This document shows, one piece after another, positions 46,336 to 60,094 of a stretch of 64,000 nt of DNA. Position numbers and translations under genes: made by a program. The first letter of the stretch is position 1; each line of letters begins with the position of its first letter. A model generated the notes under the pieces. It did not search any database. It had not been told where the DNA came from and worked only from the letters and a program-made list of their open reading frames with translations. The stretch is taken from assembly GCA_030390025.1 (NCBI GenBank), contig CM059441.1:63798001-63862000 (forward strand), read 5' to 3'. This DNA comes from Squalus acanthias (Eukaryota).

Positions 46336-49095
46336 TGGATCAGGATAATGAAACAGTTTGGGTGGAGATAAGGAATAAAAAGGGGAAAAAAACACTAGTG
46401 GGCGTAGTCTATAGGCCTCCGAACAGTTGCAACTCTGTTGGACGGAGTATCAATCAGGAAACAGTTGAGGCTTGTAATAAGGGAACATCTATAATTATGG
46501 GGGATTTTAACTATCATATTAATTGGACAAATCAAATTGGGCAGGGCTGCTTTGAGGATGAGTTCATTGAGTGTATTAGGGATGGGTTTATTGAGCAGTA
46601 TGTAACTCAACCGACCAGGGGGCAAGCAACCTTAGATCTGGTCCTGTGTAAAGAGACAGGATTATTTAAAAATGTTCTAGTAAAGGATCCCCTTGGAATG
46701 AGTGACCATAACATGGTTGAATTCCATATTCAATTAGAGGGTGAGAAGGTTGGATCTCAAACAAACGTGCTAAGCTTGAATAAAGGAATTGAGTAGAGTG
46801 GATTGGGAAAATAGATTAAAGGGTAAGACGATACATGATCAGTGGTGTACATTTAAGGAGTTATTTTACAACTTCCAAAAAATATATATTCCACTGAGAA
46901 GAAAAGGGTGTAAAATAAAAGACAGTCATCCGTGGCTAAGTAAAGAAATTAAGGATAGTATTCGACTAAAAACAAGGGTCTATAACGTAGCCAAATCTAG
47001 TAGGAGGATAGAGGATTGGGAAAACTTTAAAAGACAGCAAAAAATAACAAAAAGATTGATTAAGAAAGGGAAGATAGATTATGAAAGTAAACTAGCAAAA
47101 AATATAAAAACAGATAGTAAGAGTTTTTATAGTTATATAAAAAGAAAAAGGGTGGCTAAAGTAAATGTTGGTCCCTTAGAGGATGAGACCGGGAAATTAA
47201 TGGTGGGAAATATGGAGATGGCAAATACACTGAATGAACATTTTGTATCAGTCTTTACAGTAGAGGACAGTAAGAATATCCCAACACTGGACAAACAGGG
47301 GGCTATAGGGGGCGGGGGGAGCTAAACACGATCAAAATCACTAAGGAAGTGGTACTCGGTAAAATAATGGGACTCAAGGCGGATAAATCACCCGGACCTG
47401 CTGGCTTACATCCTAGGGTCTTGAGGGAAGTGGCCGTAGGGATTGTGGATGCATTGGTAATAATTTTCCAAAACTCCCTGGACTCAGCAAAGATCCCGGC
47501 AGACTGGAAAACTGCTAATGTAACACCCTTATTTAAAAAGGGCAGTAGACAGAAGGCTGGAAACTATAGACCGGTTAGCCTAACAACTGTGGTAGGTAAA
47601 ATTTTGGAGTCCATTATTAAAAAGACAGTAACGGGATATTTGGATAATCATAATTTAATAGGACAAAGTCAGCATGGTTTTATGAAGGGGAAGTCATGTT
47701 TGACAAATTTGCTGGAGTTCTTTGAGGAAGTAACATACAGGGTGGATAAAGGGGAACCAGTGGATGTGGTGTATTTAGACTTCCAAAAGGCACTTGACAA
47801 GGTGCCACACAAAAGATTATTGCTTAAGATAAAAAATCACGGGATTGGGGGTAATATTCTGGCATGGATAGAGGATTGGCTATCTAACAGAAGGCAGAGA
47901 GTTGGGAAAAATGGTTCATTCTCAGACTGGCAATCAGTAACTAATGGTGTTCCGCAGGGGTCAGTGCTTGGTCCCCAACTCTTTACAATCTATATTAACG
48001 ATTTGGAGGAGGGGACCGAGTGTAACATATCAAAATTTGCAGATGATACTAAGATGGGAGGGAAAGTAGTGAGTGAGGAGGACATAAAAAATCTGCAAGG
48101 GGACATAGACAGGCTAAGTAAGTGGGCAGAGATTTGGCAGATGGAACACAATACTGGAAAGTGTGAGGTTATGCACTTTGGCAGGAAAAATAGTAGAGCA
48201 AGTTATTATCTTAATGGCAAGAAATTGGAAAGTACTGAAGTACAAAGGGACCTGGGGGTCCTGGTGCACGAAACTCAAAAGGTTAGTATGCAGGTGCAGC
48301 AAGTGATTAAGAAGGCCAATGGAATGTTGGCTTGCATTGCTAGGGGAATAGAATATAAAAATATGGAGGTATTGCTTCAGTTGTACAAGGTATTGGTGAG
48401 ACCGCACCTGGAATACTGCATACAGTTTTGGTGTCCATACTTAAGAAAAGACATACTTACTCTCGAGTCAGTACAAAGAAGGTTCACTCGGTTAATCCCG
48501 GGGATGAGGGGGTGGACATATGAGGAGAGGTTGGGTAGATTGGGACTCTACTCATTGGAGTTCAGAAGAATGAGAGGCGATCTTATTGAAACATATAAGA
48601 TTGTGAAGGGATTGGATCGGGTGGATGCGGGGAGGATGTTCCCGATGATGGGTGAAACTAGAACTAGGGGGCATAGTCTTAGAATAAGGGGATGCTCATT
48701 CAAAACTGAGATGAGAAGGAACTACTTCACTCAGAGGGTGGTAGGTCCATGGAAGATGCTGCCCCAAAAAGATGTAGAAGCTACATCATTACATAAATTT
48801 GAAACAGAAATAGACAGTTTCCTAGAAGTAAAGGGAATTAAGGGTTACGGGGAGCGGGCAGGAATTTGAACATGAGTCTGGGTTCGGATTGGTCCTGGCC
48901 CTGTGGGTAGCGCAGCGTGCCCAGGGGCCGTGTAGCCTGATCCTGCTCCTATTTCGTGTGTCCAATTCTGTTAGGTTCAGGAGATGGTTCTGTGATAGGA
49001 TCAGATCAGCCATGATCTTATTGAATGGCGGAGCAGGCTCGAGGGGCCAATTGGTCTAATCCTGCTCCTATTTCTTATGTTCTCATGTTCTTATG
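46336..49095 (+). mobile_element. CR1 LINE ORF2 (partial EN, RT) and 3' UTR
   Basis: ORFs 46287..46796, 46789..47325, 47349..48869; same subfamily as 27520-29150. Confidence 0.95.
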
Positions 49096-49929
49096 AGATG
49101 AGGAGTATTTTTTCATGCAGCGTGTTGTTAATGTCTGGAATACACTTCCTGAAAGGGTGGGGGAAGCTCATTCAATAGTAACATTCAAAAGGGAATTGGA
49201 TATATAAATGAAATGGAAAAGTTTACAGGGCTATGGTGAAAGAGCGGGGGATTGGGAATAATTGGATAGATCATTCAAAGAGCCTCCTCCTGTGCTGTGT
49301 TATTCTATGATCTATGAAATAAGTTCCTTATGAGCAACTTGTTTTGTTTCCTGCTGAAATCATGAATATTGCAGCAGAACAGGGAACAAGAGATGTTTGG
49401 CATCAGTGTTATGTGTGAGTCCCAGTTCAGTTTTAACAAACACGCAGTGAGACCGTCTGTAAAAGTCATGAAACCAAAACAACTGCACCTCCGACACATA
49501 CAGAGCTGAGGCTAGAGCTGCTTTGCTATTGTGCTTCAAAGTGTCTGCTGGAGTAGGGCCAGTGCTGAGCTTGAGGACAAGTCAGTCTACAATGTGGATT
49601 GGAATTAACCTACAACATTATTGGTTTTGTGTATAAAAGAATCCCTTAGAAAATGAGGATCCAAAGTGATTCCTTCGACATTGAAGATCCAAAATTCGCC
49701 AAGTAGACTGAATCAGCTTAGCCAATCAGACGGGTTGAAGAGCAAACAGGAAGTTTAGGCGAATTAGTGATTCATGATGGAGATAATGTCATGACTTCCA
49801 ACGGATCCTAATCCATTGTCCCCTGTAAATCAGTGCAGAATATATCTCAATTGGTTGGTCTTTTAGGAATTGTGTTGGGTGGAAGACTTGCTTCACTAAA
49901 TAGGGTCCTTTGGTCCTTGAGCCAATATA

Positions 49930-50610
49930 GAATGAACATAGGAACATGGGAACAGGAGTAGGCAATTGAGCCCCTCGAGCCTGCTCTGCCATTCATGAGA
50001 TCATGGCTAATCTGCAACTTAACTCCATATACCCGCCTTTGGCCCATACCCTTTAATACCTTTGGTTAACAAAAATCTATCAATCTCAGATATAAATTAA
50101 CAATTGATCAAACATCAATTGCCATTTGTGGACGATAGTTCCAAATTTTTACCACTCTTTGTGTGTAGAAATGTTTCCTAATTTCACTCCTGAAAGGTCT
50201 GGCTCTAATTTGGTCTTGGCCCTAGACTCCCCAACCAGCGGAAATAGTTTCTTTCCATCTACCCTCTCTTTTCCCACTTAATATCGTGAAAACTTTGATC
50301 AGATCAACCCATAACATTCTAAATTCTAGTGATGTAATATACTTGGATATACTCGCCCATCCCTAGTTGCCCTAACTTGTGTAATCTCTCCTCGTGACTT
50401 AACCCTTGGAGTCCAGGTATCATTCTGGTAAATCTACACTGCACTCCCTCCAAGGCCAATATATCATTCCTAAGGTGTGGTGCCCAGAACATCTCAAAAT
50501 ACTTCAGGTGTGGTCTAGCCAGGGTTTTGTATAGCTGCAGCATAACTTCTACCCCCTTGTATTCTAGTCCTCTAGATACAAAGGCCAGAGGACTCTAGAT
50601 ATAAAGGCCA
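49930..50610 (-). mobile_element. CR1 3' fragment
   Basis: ORF 50319..50543 and 3' UTR. Confidence 0.85.
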
Positions 50611-50710
50611 GAATGAACTTGTCCACTCCCGTGTCAAGGATTACCTTCCATCCATTGGGTTGATGGTGTCATCTGCTGCATCAAGAATTGTCTTCACATA
50701 CAGAAACATT

Positions 50711-51448
50711 GGGGGGAAATTTGTTAGCGACCAGTTGGGTCACAAACATCACTTGGGCACTAAATTAACCGCCCGGCAAAAAATAGCGGCATCGTTCGTT
50801 AACTTCAGCTTTAGCATCCCAAAAGGGAGGTGGAGTGCTAATTCAAGTGCTCCACTTCCTTCTTAGAGCGCTAACCCCGAATATTGGGGTAGTGCGTACT
50901 GCAGCACTATGCACTGGGCCACGTAGCGCTGCCACATGACAGGGCTCTTCCCCTCATTAAAGGGGAGGGCCCAAGCCCACAACTCTGCGAGGCCCTACCT
51001 GGACCACCGGGGAGTGGGATGCCGTGCCAGCCGCCCGGCACTCAAGAGGCGTGCCAGGCTCCCAGATCGCAGCACGGACCCCGCGTTCAAAGATGCAATA
51101 GGCCGCGACAAGATAGTCGGCCGATTTTGTTTCCCCCCCTGCTTGCCACCTTCCCCTTTACTTAGCGCCCCGCATGTCTCCTGCCGCTCCATTCCCACTC
51201 CCTGAATCGGTTGCTGTCATTGTCCGCCGCTGATTCAGGGGGCATGGGCCAATTTTGCAGGCGGGGCGAAAACGGGGTGCTGCGCACAGTGATGACGTCA
51301 TCGTCGCCTGCACCGCCGAGCGGGGCGCTACCGGTTACCCCCGCTGCTAAACTACCGCTGAATTTAGCGGGAGTTGATGCCGGCACCTCGCCCCGGCGAA
51401 AAGTCGTTTGTTCCGCCGAGAGGTGCAAATGAATCGAATTTCTAGGCC
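50711..51448. mobile_element. GC-rich MITE related to 19910-20682
   Basis: 3-bp TSD ATT, termini ggggggaaatt / aatttctaggcc, shared internal ggggtgctgcgcac..gatgac.tcatcg. Confidence 0.75.
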
Positions 51449-52726
51449 ATTGTGTGCTGAGGAAAAGGCATCAACATAGGTGGGCGTGTCATTCAAGGGC
51501 AACGTGACTATGAGTCTGTCCTACATGTGGGTTCACTATAATACTGATTGCCCAAATCTTCCTCCCCAGTAATCCTCTCCAATCGCAGAACATGAGCAGG
51601 AATGTGGGATTAGGTTGGATAGCTCTTTCGACCGGCACAGACACGATGGGCCGAATGGCCTCCTTCTGTGCCGTAAATTTCTATGATTCTATGATGTGCA
51701 GTGTTTTATATTCATTCTTGGATTACTTTGCCTCAGCATTTGCCAGGGAGACGAACAGGACGGACAAGACATTAGAAGAAAAGATCAAAAAAGATATCAA
51801 GACATTTAAGATAGAAAGCGGTGGGGTGGGGTGGGGGTGGGGGGTGGGGAGGGGTTTGGGTGGTGGGCGGGCTGATGGGGGAAGAGCTAATTGATAATGT
51901 AGTCAAACACACAAAGGATAAACCCCTGGTCTGGATGGAATGCATCCTCCCATCCTCCCATAAAATCAGTTCGGAAGCGACAGCAGACACACTATTTTAT
52001 GTACATATATATATATATCTATATATATATAAAATGATTAGAAAGGGGATTAGCGCCAGAGAACTGGTGGATAGCTAATGTTATTCCTATATTTAAATAT
52101 GAATATAGAACAAGTCCAGGGAACTATGGAACAGTTAGCTTAACGTCGGTGGTAGGAAAGATAATGGAATCTTTACTCAAAGATGTAATAGAAATATGTC
52201 TAGAAACGAAAAATATAATAGAGAATGCATTTCAAAAGAGATCATGCTGGACCAAACTTTTAAATTCTTTGAAGAAGTAACAGAAGGAGTAGATATGATC
52301 GTGTAGTAGATGTAATATACTTGGATATAATCGCCCATCCCTAGTTGCCCTAAGAAGATGGTGGTGGTGGACCTTCTCCTTGAACCGCTGCAGTCCTTGT
52401 GCTGAAGGTGCTCCCACAATGTTTTTAGGTCGAGAACTCCAGGATACTGATTCAGCGACGATGCAGCAATGGTGATAAATGCCCAAGGCAGGATGTTGTG
52501 TGACCTGGAGGTAATGCGCAACCCATCACATTGCTGCTCGTATCCTTCTGGGTGCTGGAGGTTACAGGGGAGGGATGTGTTGTCAACGTAACCTTGGAGA
52601 GTTCCTTGTTTGTCATGTAGATGGTACACACTGCAGCCACTGGTTACCAGTGATGGAGGGGGTGGATAGCGAGTCCAGTTGAGTGGCAAGCCATTCAGTT
52701 CTAAATATTGATATTTTTCTCCTCAG

Positions 52727-53089
52727 CTGTATTGTCAGAAGAGTGGAAAGGCGACACTCCACGAGTTGTGACAGCACAGGAAGGTTTGTGTGCACAGATT
52801 CCATGTAATTACAGTTATCCATCGCGTCTGGCAAACCAACCGGAAACTGGAATCTGGTATAATAACGAGCCAAAGATATCATCGTCTGAAGCCTTTCACT
52901 CCAAGGATCACAATCACGAGTCACCACGGTTACGCCATCGTACATGGCTGACTGGAAAGCTCAAAGATGGCGACTGTTCGCTGTTTATAAACAACATCAC
53001 ACAGGAAGATGCAAGACCTTATTATTTCAGAATTGAATTTAACAGTGATAAGTTTAGCTACTATCCTGTAACATGGCTTCATATTTTTG
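52727..53089 (+). CDS. Siglec-like gene B V-set exon (363 nt, phase 1-1, open, essential Arg present)
   Basis: Acceptor ttttctcctcag, donor gtaagt; GLCAQIPCNYSYP...GIWY...GKLKDGDCSLFINNITQEDARPYYFRIE. Confidence 0.92.
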
Positions 53090-53725
53090 GTAAGTGTTGT
53101 GTTATAATTACTCAACAATTCACGTTCAGCAGTCAATGGGAAATAACATAAACTGTGACGGTTGCATATTAATTATAAACACAGATTATTATAACGCAGT
53201 GTCTGATTATCAGTAACCTGGCAATACCTTCCAGCTCAGTCCTAAAGCAACCTCTAATACTCACTTTATTATCATTGATGAAATGTCTTGACTGTGTCCA
53301 TCAATATTACCAGGTTATGGACTTCCATCTATCTCTCTAATCATGTTTAAAAGTCTTACATGTAGACAAGAGAAATAACTTGCATTTATATAGCGCCTTT
53401 CACGACCTCTGAACTTCCCAAAGCGCTTTACAGCCAAAGACATAATTTTTGAAGTGTAGTCACTGTTGTAATGTAGGAAATGCAGCATCTAATTTGTGCA
53501 CAACAAACTCCTACGAACAGCAATGAGATAACTTGGCCAGGTAATCTGTTTTAGGTAATTCTAGAGAAAAGACCCCCAGCCTGTTCAGCCTTTCATAATC
53601 ATTGTAACCTCTCAGTTCTGGTATCATCCTTGTAAAAGTACTTTTCTCTTGCGGGACTGTGATTTCTATTTGAACTGATGCTTCACGTTACACATCTCTA
53701 AAATAATCCTTTCTCTGTGTGTTAG

Positions 53726-53989
53726 ATTTCACAGATAAACCCACGATATTCCCGGCTGAAATTATTGCAGGAAAGCGTGTGGACGTAAGCTGCACCTTCA
53801 ACACCACGTGCAAACCAACTGACATGCCCGGGTCAGTATCAAACAGTGTAACTCAGCATGGCATCACTCTGACATATACTTCTGTTCTGACCCTGATCCC
53901 ATCACTCAAACACCACGGACAGACTCTCACCTGCAGAGTCAGTTATCCATCTGTTTCATCAGAGCGGACCCTAGCACTAACTGTGCAAC
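53726..53989 (+). CDS. Gene B first C2-set Ig exon (264 nt), apparently lacking the C-strand Trp segment
   Basis: Acceptor gtgttag, donor gtaagt; DKPTIFP...VSCTFNTTC...SVLTLIPSLKHHGQTLTCRV. Confidence 0.85.
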
Positions 53990-54689
53990 GTAAGTATGGG
54001 CATCCTTTATTCTACATTACCAGTAATAGTCTACACTGCACACAACAAGGTTCCACAAACTGCAATGTGGTGAAGAGCAGCTCATCTGTTTTTTACAGAT
54101 AAATACTGGCCAGAGCTCTTCTTTCAATAGTGTTATGGGATCCTTTATGTCCACCTGAGGGCAGACGGGGATTCGCTTTAAAATTTCATGTGAAAGACAG
54201 CACCGACGGTGCAGTGCTCCGTCAGTGCTGCCCCTCCGACAGTGCAGCATTCCTCAGTACTGCCCTCCGACAGTGCAGCACTGCCTCCGGACTACACTAA
54301 AATGTTGGCCTGGATTACACGCTTTTTGATGAAGGAAGTTGCATTAATATCACACCTTTCACGTTGTCAGGATCTCTCGTAATGTTTTGTTAGATATTCT
54401 GGAGTGATGTATGTTGGACTTCTTGGGGAGGTAAGGGTTATCAGTGGAACTTCTTTGTATCTTAAAGCAACAGGCTTTCTGATATAAACAGGACGACTTT
54501 GATGTGTCGTGAGGAGAAGGCATTGCTTGTTTTCTGAAATGTGAAGTGCTTGTGTAAGGGAATGAGTGTTAGTAATGACGTCACCAATGAGTGGTTTAGT
54601 TTTAGGGTAATAAAACAGGGATAGCGAGTCCATTTGCTACAGATAACAGTAGGTAAAGGAAGTCTTGTTTAAGGGAAGTGGTTCTGAGG

Positions 54690-55945
54690 TAAACAAAAAC
54701 AACAACTTGAATTTATATAGCGCCTTTAAGGGAGAAAAACATCCCAAGATGTTTCACAGGAGTATTATAAGACAAAAATTTGACACCGAGCCACATAAGG
54801 AGAAATTAGGGCAGGTGACCAAAAGTTTGGTCAAAGAGGTAGGTTTTAAAGACCCTCTTCAAGGAGAAAGGAGAGGCGGAGAGGTTTATGGTGTGAATTC
54901 CAGAGCTTAGGGCCTAGGCAGCTGAAGGCAAGGCCGCCAATGGTTAAGCGACTAAAATCAGGGATGCTCAAGAGGGCAGAATTAGAGGAGCACAGATATC
55001 TCAGGGGGAGGGGGGGGGGGTTGCGGGGCTGGAGGAGATTACGGAGAAAGGGAGGGGCGAGGCCATAGAGGGATTTGAAAACAAGGATGAGAATTTTGAT
55101 ATTAAGGCGTTGCTTAACTGGGAGCCAATGTAGGTCAGCGAGAATAGGGGTGATTAGTGAACGGGACTTGGTGCGAGTTAGGACATGGGCAGCCGAGTTT
55201 TGGATGACCTCAAGTTTACATAGGGTAGAACGTGGGAGGCCAGCCAGGAGTGCGTTGGAATAGTCAAGTCTAGTGGTAACAAAGGCATGAATGAGGGTTT
55301 CAGCAGCGGATGAGCTGAGGCAGGGGCGGAGATGAGCGATGTTACGGAGTTGGAAATAGGCAGTCTTAGTTATGCTGCGGATATGTGATCGAAAGCTCAT
55401 TTCAGGGTCAAATACAACACCAACGTTGCGAACCGTGTGGTTCTGCCTCAGACAGATGTTAGGTAGAGGGATGGAGTCAGTGGCTACGGAATGGGGTATG
55501 TGGTGGGAACCGAAGACAATGGCTTCAGTCATCCCAATATTTAATTGACGAAAATTCCTGCTCATCCAGTACTGGATGTCGGTCAAGCAGTCTGACAATT
55601 TAGAGACCGTGGAGGGGTCGAGAGAAGTGGTGGTGAGGTTGAGCTGGGTGTTGTCAGCGTACATGTGGAAACTGACACTGTGTTTTTGGATGATGTCGCC
55701 AAGGGGCAGCGTGTAGATGGGAAATAGGAGGGGCCAAGGATAGATTGTTGGGGGATACCAGAGGTAACGAAGCTGGAGTGGGAAGAGAGGCCATTGCAGG
55801 TGATTCTCTGGCGACAATTAGATCGATAAGAATGGAACCAGGCAAGTGCAGTCACACCCAGCTGGACGACGGTGGAGAGGTGTTTGAGGAGGATGGAGTG
55901 TCAACTGTGTCAAAGGCTGCAGACAAGTCGAGGAGGGATAGTTTA
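54690..55945 (-). mobile_element. L2-clade LINE RT 3' portion
   Basis: ORF 54846..55817: FHMYADNTQL...HAFVTTRLDYSNALLAGLP. Confidence 0.92.
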
Positions 55946-56248
55946 CCTTCCAAACTGTTTACATAGATAGTCTGTTTTCAAAGGATTTGGGAAATAGATA
56001 CATATATTTTGACATTTTCCTTTGATGTAATCAAAATATGGTGCATAAAGCCGGTAAAGTCACTTTCTGTATACAGTTAAAGGCCGATCACACCTTTACT
56101 GTGCATCAATAAAGTCTGTTCCGTATACTCCACTACGAAGTCTCATGCTTACTCGAAACATGTTGTTGTGAACCAAAGGAGAAAGGATGTTGACTGCTTA
56201 ACATGCTTCATAGCCAATGTAAGTTAACTGATCTTTATTTGTTTTTAG

Positions 56249-56551
56249 ACGCACCACGGAATCTCTCCATTACTTCTCTTGCTACGATTACAGATTCATC
56301 GATCAATATAAAAGAAGGGAATTCTGCAGTGATACTCTGCTCTATTGAGAGCTTCCCAGCTTCTAACCTGACGTGGAGGCATTTTTGTGTCACAATGAAC
56401 AGGAGAATTTGGAACAATGAACAGGAGAAGTTGGAACAACGAGCTGCGGTTGGCGTTTCCTCATGGTACATCCAGGACCGCTGGAGAAGATCATTGTGTG
56501 GCGAGAATGAACACGGAGCAGTGGAGAGGACCATAACCATCACTGTGGAAC
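56249..56551 (+). pseudogene. Gene B second C2-set Ig exon, damaged
   Basis: APRNLSI...EGNSAVILCSIESFPASNLTW...ENEHG...ITITVE; 22-bp tandem duplication, compensating -1 deletion, donor reads TTGAGT rather than GTGAGT. Confidence 0.85.
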
Positions 56552-56694
56552 TTGAGTGTACAGGAACTTTCACATCTCTCTAAATGCAAAAAAAAAAAAT
56601 ATCTACGGGAGAATGTAGAATTTACAAAGCGAATTTGGCCGTAACTATGATGGTAGCAGCAACGACATTTCTGTGTGACTGAGGAGTCACCAGC

Positions 56695-56950
56695 AGTTAC
56701 ACACAGAGACAGAAACACATACATACAAAGGCACAAACTCACAGACGCATACACACAGACACACACGTACAAACGCAAACTCAAACTCAAACTCGTGCAC
56801 AGGTACACAAACAAATACACACTCACGTACACACACGTACACTCGTGCACGTAAACAAATACACTCATATACACACTCACGTACACACACACACTTACGC
56901 ACTCACACTCACACAACTATGTACACACCTATGCACACAAACACACACGC
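56695..56950. repeat. (CA)-rich microsatellite
   Basis: Direct reading. Confidence 0.85.
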
Positions 56951-56989
56951 AAGAGTTGCTATTGACACCCCTAGTAATTATCGGTTGAT

Positions 56990-58635
56990 GAGATTAGTAA
57001 TGAGATAAGTGCATTTAAAATAAAAAAGGGATATATTAAATAGACTAATCAAACTTAAAGAGATAAAAACACTGTTCCAGATGGATTGCATCCAAGCACT
57101 TTAAAAGAATCTAGGGAAGTGCAGGGTCATTACTACACAAATTTAATAATTCGTTGGAAAAATGTGTAGTGCCAGAGGACTGGCAGATAGCTAACATAAT
57201 ACCTATATTTAAGAAGGGGGATAGAACATGTCCAGGGAATTATAGACCACTCAGCTTAACATCGGTGGTAGGAAAAATAATGGAATCCCTACTAAAGGAG
57301 TAAATAGAAGAACAGCTGGAAATCAAAAATATAATAATGAATAGTCATCATGGATTTCAAAAGGGAAAGTCTTGCTTGACCAACCTTATTGATATTTTTG
57401 AAGAGGTAACAGGGAGAGTAGACAATGGTAATGCAGTAGATGTAATTTATCTGGATTTTCAAAAGGCCTTTGATAAGGTACCCCATAATATACTGATGAA
57501 CAAGTCAGAGAATGCGGAGTCCGGGGACAGGTAGCAGAATGGATTGCTGGCTGGCTTCAGAACAGAAAGCAAAGTAGGAGCAAAGGGTAGCTATTCACAG
57601 TGGCAAGAGGTGTGTAGTAGTCTTTCACAAGGATCAGTGCTGAGACCACTGCTGTTCACAATTTACATTAACGATTTAGATATTGGAATCAGAAAAACAA
57701 TTTCTAAATCTGCAGATTATACCAAATTGGGAGCGATAGTCAATACTGAGGAGGACTGCAACAAATTAGAGAAGGACATTAATAAATTTGCAGAATGGGC
57801 ATATAATTGCAAAATGAAGTTCAACACAGATAAATGTGAGATATTACATTTTGGTAGGAAGAAGAGGGAGGTAACTTATCACTTGGAGGTGTGAGTCTAG
57901 GTGGAGTAGAGGAACAAAGGGATCTTGGAGTACAAATACACATCATTAAAGTTGCGACACAGGTTAGCAAGGTCATAAAAAAGCAAACCAAGCACTAAGG
58001 TTTATTTCTAGAGGTATAGAATTGAAAAGTAGGGAAGTTATGCTAATCCTGAATCGAACCTTGGTTAGTCCACACTTAGAGTACTGCGTACAGTTCTGGT
58101 TGCCATATTATAAAAAGGATATAGAGTCACTGGAGAGGGTGCAGAGAAGATTTACAAGGATGATACCAGAAATGCGAGGGTATACATTTCAGGAAAGGAT
58201 GAACAGGTTGGGTCTCTTTTCTCTTGAAAAAAGAAGGCAGAGGGGTGATCTAATAGAGATCTTTAAAATTATGAAAAATTTTGATAAAGTGGATACAGAG
58301 GGAATGATCGACTTGTGCAGAAGAGCATAACTAGAGGCCATCCATATAAGATAGCCACCAAGAAATCCAATAGGGAATTCAGAAGGAACTTCTTTACCCA
58401 AAGAGTGGTGAGAATGTGGAACTCGCTACCACAGGGAGTGGTTGAAGCGAATAGTTTAGATGCAGTTAACGTGAGGCTAGACAAGCATATGAGGGACAAG
58501 GGAATAGAGGGTTTTACTGATAGATTTAGATGAGGAAAGACGGGAGGAGGCTCGAGTGGAGCATAAACGCCGGCATGGAGAGGTTGGTCCGAATGGCCTG
58601 TTTCTGTGCTGTATATCCTATGTAATCCTATGTAA
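56990..58635 (+). mobile_element. Degenerate CR1 LINE RT and 3' UTR
   Basis: ORFs 57337..57534, 57544..57894, 58022..58330; (tcctatgtaa) tail. Confidence 0.92.
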
Positions 58636-59179
58636 TCCAGTTGCTCCCGAGCGTGAATCTGCTCAGTTAGTCTTTGCTGCAGATCAGAATCTGAGCGATG
58701 GACTATCGATCATTTCCTCCCAGATCAGAGAGGACATGTGACCACTCCTGGAATCTTCAGTGAGACAACCAATCAGAAAGCGACCTCTGAGCGTGACTGA
58801 GAATGTGGTTTACATTGAAAAATCTTACATATTTGGATATTACATATATAGATACGTATCACTTCTCAAGTTCAGAATAAGTATAAGTACATCGGAGCAC
58901 CATTCTGAAATTGTACTGCAGTAATTAGTGGCAGTTTTTACAAGTAGAGACTCCAATGAGCGGAAAGTAGGATTGATTGCAACTGGAATCATTTTGAGTG
59001 TTGAACTGGCTGATTCTTAATCTTCAAGTGTGTGAGAAAGTAAGAGTAAAGATTTAATTTATTTTTTTGAAAATCCTTACTTCATTCTTCTCTCCTTAAT
59101 GAAAGAACTTGCATTCAGTTTCTGGTGCAGACACGATGGGCCGAATGGCCCCCTTCTATGCTGTTAATTTCTCTGACTA

Positions 59180-59610
59180 TGATTTATACAATACCTTTCA
59201 TGGGCTTAGAACGTCCAAAAATGCTTTACAGCCAAATAAATACTTTTGAAGTGTAGTCACTGTTGCAAACTAGCAAAATTCGGCAACCAATAGGCACACA
59301 AAAATCTCCCACAAACGGCAATGAGATAAATGATCAATTCATGTGTTTTTCTTGATGTTGGCTGAGGGATAAATATTGGCCCCAGGACACCGGGGGGAGC
59401 TCCCCTCCTCTTCTTCCAAATAGTGGCCGTGGGAACTTTTACGTTCACCTGAGAGGGCAAACAGAGCCTATGTTTAAGGTCTCATCTGAAGGACGGCACC
59501 TCTGGCAGTGCAGCGCTCACTCAGTACTGGCACTGGGAGTGTCGGCCTGGATTATAAAGTGCTTTGGGACGTCCTGAGATCGTGAAAGGCGCTATAGAAA
59601 TGCAACTCAT
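59180..59610 (-). mobile_element. Deu-domain SINE
   Basis: Reverse complement of the SINE core. Confidence 0.8.
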
Positions 59611-60094
59611 TCTTTTTATCTTTGTTTCATGGATTCAAACCCCACCCTAAACCTTAGTGCATAAAGTGGGTCAGGAGTGGCCGACCTTTCAAAGGTTGAG
59701 AACTAGAACTAAATGATATACTTATAAACGTATAGTATAGTAACATGCAGAAACACAGTCTCACTGCTAACACAGCTACTGCTGGAGAATCAAGCAATAC
59801 TTTTGAAGCTAGCACACAAAGTGGCTTTTGAAGTGTTTTATTCCCAGCTGTGGTCTTGGAATTAGGATTGCACGCTCTCCTGCCAGTCTCTCTCGTTCCC
59901 TTCCACTTTCTCTGCCTCATTCAGCCTCTCTTCTCTCTTATGCTCTCCCTCTCATCCTCTCTCTCCTTTCACATTGTCCACTCTCTCACATTTTGCAAGG
60001 GTTCTGGGCAACATCCGCTTCTTCAGGGAAGCCCCTTCGTCCCCTGGAGTGAGCATTGAATCAAAATTCCATGCTGCTCAGCTTTACACTGGAC

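Noticed and set aside
47349-48869. 506-aa RT ORF as an active or domesticated gene
   Set aside because: Part of a 5'-truncated CR1 with upstream frameshifts; an ordinary repeat copy
59828-60059. Hydrophobic ORFs as the missing transmembrane exon
   Set aside because: Hydrophobicity comes from a CT-rich tract; no clean splice sites or basic stop-transfer residues
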